A stretch of DNA of 26,196 nt, taken from positions 1 to 26,196 of the IMG/VR virus record IMGVR_UViG_3300017914_000261. One strand, 5' to 3'. The notes beneath the pieces are model-generated. The model saw nothing but the letters and a program-made list of their open reading frames with translations. It was not told the DNA's origin and searched no databases. Origin of the DNA: a virus. Lineage: Duplodnaviria; Caudoviricetes. A program made the position numbers and the translations under genes. Shown here piece after piece: positions 23,202 through 26,196 of the stretch. How positions within the stretch are numbered: the stretch's first letter is position 1; every line of letters starts with the position of its first letter.

Positions 23202-26181
23202 CGTCAAAGATTCCTTTTAGTATTTTACCAATTATAGGTAACGAGTAGATAGTATCATCAGGAAGAGGATCAGGTGTTTCACCAGCCATCAATGCGCGAG
23301 CAACGTCAGCCGTATCTTCAAGAACGTTTGCAGGTAGCGTAGCCCCTACAGGTGGTAGGATGTTGTTCATGAACGCTGTAGCAGGATCGTTCATAAACTT
23401 GTCGTAGCCGTAATCGTTAGCACCCATAGCACCGAACGTCAATACAGAGCCTATCTGATACAAAGCACCCATAGCCATCTGTTCTGGATCAGGAGCATCA
23501 CCTTTAACAACCTGACGCGCTTCGTTAACAATACCATAACCACCACCAGACAGAATCAAATACTTCATGGTATTTTCTAGTGCTTGTCTCTTATTACCTG
23601 CTTGCCATTCCTTGATGATTCGTCGCTCCATCAAATCAAACTGTTTGATAGCAAAGCCTTTCAACATATAGAACAAACGAGCATTTGGATTTGCTAGACC
23701 AAACGCAGTCTGAGCGGCAGCGTTAATCGGCTGCAGTTTAAACAGATCAAACATGACAAGATCACGCACAAGCTCGCTATTTGTGTTACCAGCAGCAATG
23801 TCACGCTTCAGTTGATCTAACTCACCTTTACTAAAACTGTACTGCCACTTGTTATCAAACGAACCATTTCCTATGTCTTGTCTTGCTCGACGAAACGACG
23901 CACCCATGATCCTGCTCTTACCAAACTGATCTAGCTTGGCAAAACCAGACAACTTCATAGAAGCCTCAAGCAGAGACTCACTAGCCTCCGCAGCACGTTC
24001 TAGAAAAGCATTACCACTTATCTTACCTAGTAGTTTTTCATCTGTTCCTTTACGCGCTTTACGCACAAAGTCTCCAAACACCTGACGGGCAAGACCCATA
24101 TCTTCAGGAGAAAAAGAAATACCGTTACGGCTGAACAACGCACCTAACACGTTCTTAACACCTAACTCAAACGATGCGTTAAACAAGTCATGCACGTTCA
24201 TCAGAGCGCCATAAGGGTTAGCAATAGTACCTACGTAACCAAGACTACGAATCATCTCTAGTTCGTGAGACATACCTTTGTTGGCGTTGATACCAAGGTC
24301 ATCAATAATCTGAATTGCATTATCAATCTGAACGTCAGAGTATCCCTCTCTCTTTAAAGCTTCCTTAATAATATTGTCATCAAACAACTTAAATGAGCCT
24401 GACTCAGCGGCTGCTGTCTCTTCTAATGTTTTTTTACCTTTACCAACAAGAGGTTTACCTGCTGTGCGGAAACCAAGTTGTTTACCTAGCTCCAATCTAG
24501 TCAGAGTTTGTCGTTGCCATCTCCAATGAGAGTCAAAAATATTTTCATACTCTTTATCTTTACCAGCGTTTTTCTTACGCCACTTCTTCATTGAAGGACG
24601 TTTAATATCTTTAGAGGCTGCGTCTTCTGCTTTAGCTTGTCCTTTTGCTCTAAAAGAACGTAAGCTAACATCCTCGCCTGTAGACCTAAGATTAGAATGC
24701 ATCCACAAACGAGATAGATCACCTGCTGTTACTTCCTGTCGATACCTCCTAGAAAATTCTAGATTGTCATCAAAGAATTTGTTTAGTCTAGCTTCAGCGC
24801 CTTGTCCTATCTTGCCTCTAGCAATGTTGATAGCAGCTTGCAGACGTTTCTCTCTAAACTCTTTTGCTAAACGATTATTCATTACATCCAGCAATGCGTC
24901 GTTAAACTTGACGTTGGCCTGTGCAAGCTCACGAAAAGGCTCCATACCTTTCCACATCTTATCCAACGTAGTTTGACCACGAGTTACACGGTTCATAGCA
25001 AGTATGATACGCTGAGAAAAAGCAGTACCTACCGTCTCTTCAGCCAGAGTAGCCAGCGGAGAAGCAAGACGGCGTAACTTAATCAGAGTGCTTTGTGCTT
25101 GTGGTATTGTTCTGTTAACATCAGCGGACAAACGACCAGTTGTCATGTCTAAAAAGTCTTGTCTCAACAAAGACAACTCTTCCAAACTATCAAATTTTTG
25201 GTTTAGTTTATCTCGTAAAAGAGCTATCTCTTTATTTGACTTGTAGACTTTATTGAACTGCTTCATGTCTACGCCCATGTCTTCAGCATAAGTACGCATA
25301 CGAGTAAGCATACTTCCTAGGTCAGCGGGTATTATACCTTGACGACCAACAACATCACCTAAGTATTCCGTCTCTCGTATAAGTAGTTGAGTAGCCAACT
25401 CATCAGCAGACAACTCAGCAGTAGGACGAACAACCTTAGCTTCTTGTAGTATTTCTTCGTGCACAGCAGTCTTCTTGTCGTTTAGTTGTTTGACAGAACC
25501 TGACTGCTTACCAAGAGAAGGATCAAAGATACCGTCAAAGATACGACCTACGATTGCACCGCCAGTGCCGTAGAATGCACCTTGAATAAGACGCTCTTCT
25601 GTATCTTCACCTGTACCAACGCCATACGCACCTGTTTCAAGAGCGCCTTGACCCATGAACGACTTAACACCAAGACGACTAAGGCCACCAGCTACACCAA
25701 AACCAGTAGGCAGTGCGGCACCTACTTCACCATAGAAAGCAGCGCGAGGACTTCGCAACTGGTACTCAGCCATTTCGTTACGTATACGCTCAATAGCTAC
25801 GTCGTATTCTTCTCCAGACGCTAATGCTTCTAGCTCATCAGCAAATCCAAGAGTAACACCCTGTGCAACTTGTCTTATAAAACCAATCCTATCTCTTTCT
25901 TTTATAGCCTCTACTTTTTCTAGATACGCATCAACAGGATCAAGTTTACGCTCAACACGAGGATCTTTAACAGGTTCAACAGGCTGTCTCATTGTAAGTG
26001 TTGGCGTAGTTTGTAATACTTTGTCTAGATACGCATCAACAGGATCAACGCCCGGAACAACCTCTAAAGGCTGCTCAGATACACGCCTTGCATTTACCTC
26101 TACCTCAGGAAACCTACCTGCACGTTGCGGTGCAGAGACAAGTGCTAAAGCTTCTTCAGGGACACGCTGACGTTGTGGCAT
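23194..26181 (-). CDS. Large internal virion/DNA-ejection protein (probably 5'-truncated by window)
   Basis: >=995 aa, helical, QG-x-TLGFADE motif and Gly-rich hydrophobic segments typical of podovirus ejection proteins; last large gene of the arm; frame open to the window end. Confidence 0.65.
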   Translation of the reverse strand: MPQRQRVPEEALALVSAPQRAGRFPEVEVNARRVSEQPLEVVPGVDPVDAYLDKVLQTTPTLTMRQPVEPVKDPRVERKLDPVDAYLEKVEAIKERDRIGFIRQVAQGVTLGFADELEALASGEEYDVAIERIRNEMAEYQLRSPRAAFYGEVGAALPTGFGVAGGLSRLGVKSFMGQGALETGAYGVGTGEDTEERLIQGAFYGTGGAIVGRIFDGIFDPSLGKQSGSVKQLNDKKTAVHEEILQEAKVVRPTAELSADELATQLLIRETEYLGDVVGRQGIIPADLGSMLTRMRTYAEDMGVDMKQFNKVYKSNKEIALLRDKLNQKFDSLEELSLLRQDFLDMTTGRLSADVNRTIPQAQSTLIKLRRLASPLATLAEETVGTAFSQRIILAMNRVTRGQTTLDKMWKGMEPFRELAQANVKFNDALLDVMNNRLAKEFREKRLQAAINIARGKIGQGAEARLNKFFDDNLEFSRRYRQEVTAGDLSRLWMHSNLRSTGEDVSLRSFRAKGQAKAEDAASKDIKRPSMKKWRKKNAGKDKEYENIFDSHWRWQRQTLTRLELGKQLGFRTAGKPLVGKGKKTLEETAAAESGSFKLFDDNIIKEALKREGYSDVQIDNAIQIIDDLGINANKGMSHELEMIRSLGYVGTIANPYGALMNVHDLFNASFELGVKNVLGALFSRNGISFSPEDMGLARQVFGDFVRKARKGTDEKLLGKISGNAFLERAAEASESLLEASMKLSGFAKLDQFGKSRIMGASFRRARQDIGNGSFDNKWQYSFSKGELDQLKRDIAAGNTNSELVRDLVMFDLFKLQPINAAAQTAFGLANPNARLFYMLKGFAIKQFDLMERRIIKEWQAGNKRQALENTMKYLILSGGGYGIVNEARQVVKGDAPDPEQMAMGALYQIGSVLTFGAMGANDYGYDKFMNDPATAFMNNILPPVGATLPANVLEDTADVARALMAGETPDPLPDDTIYSLPIIGKILKGIFDDD
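25919..26048 (-). repeat. Perfect 25-bp direct repeat in internal protein gene
   Basis: TCTAGATACGCATCAACAGGATCAA at 25919-25943 and 26024-26048 (DPVDAYL twice). Confidence 0.85.
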
Positions 26182-26196
26182 AGCAACAGGTGCTAA

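Noticed and set aside
1-26196. tRNA, rRNA, integrase, RNA polymerase, intron/intein or stop-codon recoding
   Set aside because: None seen by eye. Core genes are uninterrupted and of normal length under the standard code; tRNAscan/Infernal were not run.

Overview
The window is most of a lytic-looking podovirus genome with T7-like replication genes but no RNA polymerase gene in view. It has two arms, resembling Zobellviridae/cobavirus-type marine phages (inferred from gene order, not from a search). Minus-strand morphogenesis arm (1-9492): tail fibres, major capsid, scaffold, a cluster of tiny Lys/Arg-rich proteins, portal, TerL, M15 endolysin and probable TerS. A non-coding divergent region (~9500-10180) is probably the joined genome ends. 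Plus-strand arm (10188-23027): early hypotheticals, a Gp88-like protein, a stand-alone sigma70 region-4 HTH, primase-helicase, PolA (Tyr762 type), SSB, 5'-3' exonuclease, endonuclease I, phosphoesterase, DUF3310 and class II RNR. It converges head-on with a large probable internal virion protein gene. The most notable signal is a candidate transcription-control system visible in the DNA. It has four parts: (i) a perfect 16-bp palindrome CTTAAATGCATTTAAG present four times; (ii) a 17/20 LexA SOS box in front of the first early promoter; (iii) two 'middle' promoters sharing a non-canonical -35 (ACTAGCRCAAT-N10-GTGGTATAMT), the first directly behind the mini sigma-region-4 gene, whose recognition helix is altered; (iv) near-perfect sigma70 promoters driving the late genes. 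Several micro-ORFs and fully overlapping ORFs missed or obscured in the ORF track are also reported.
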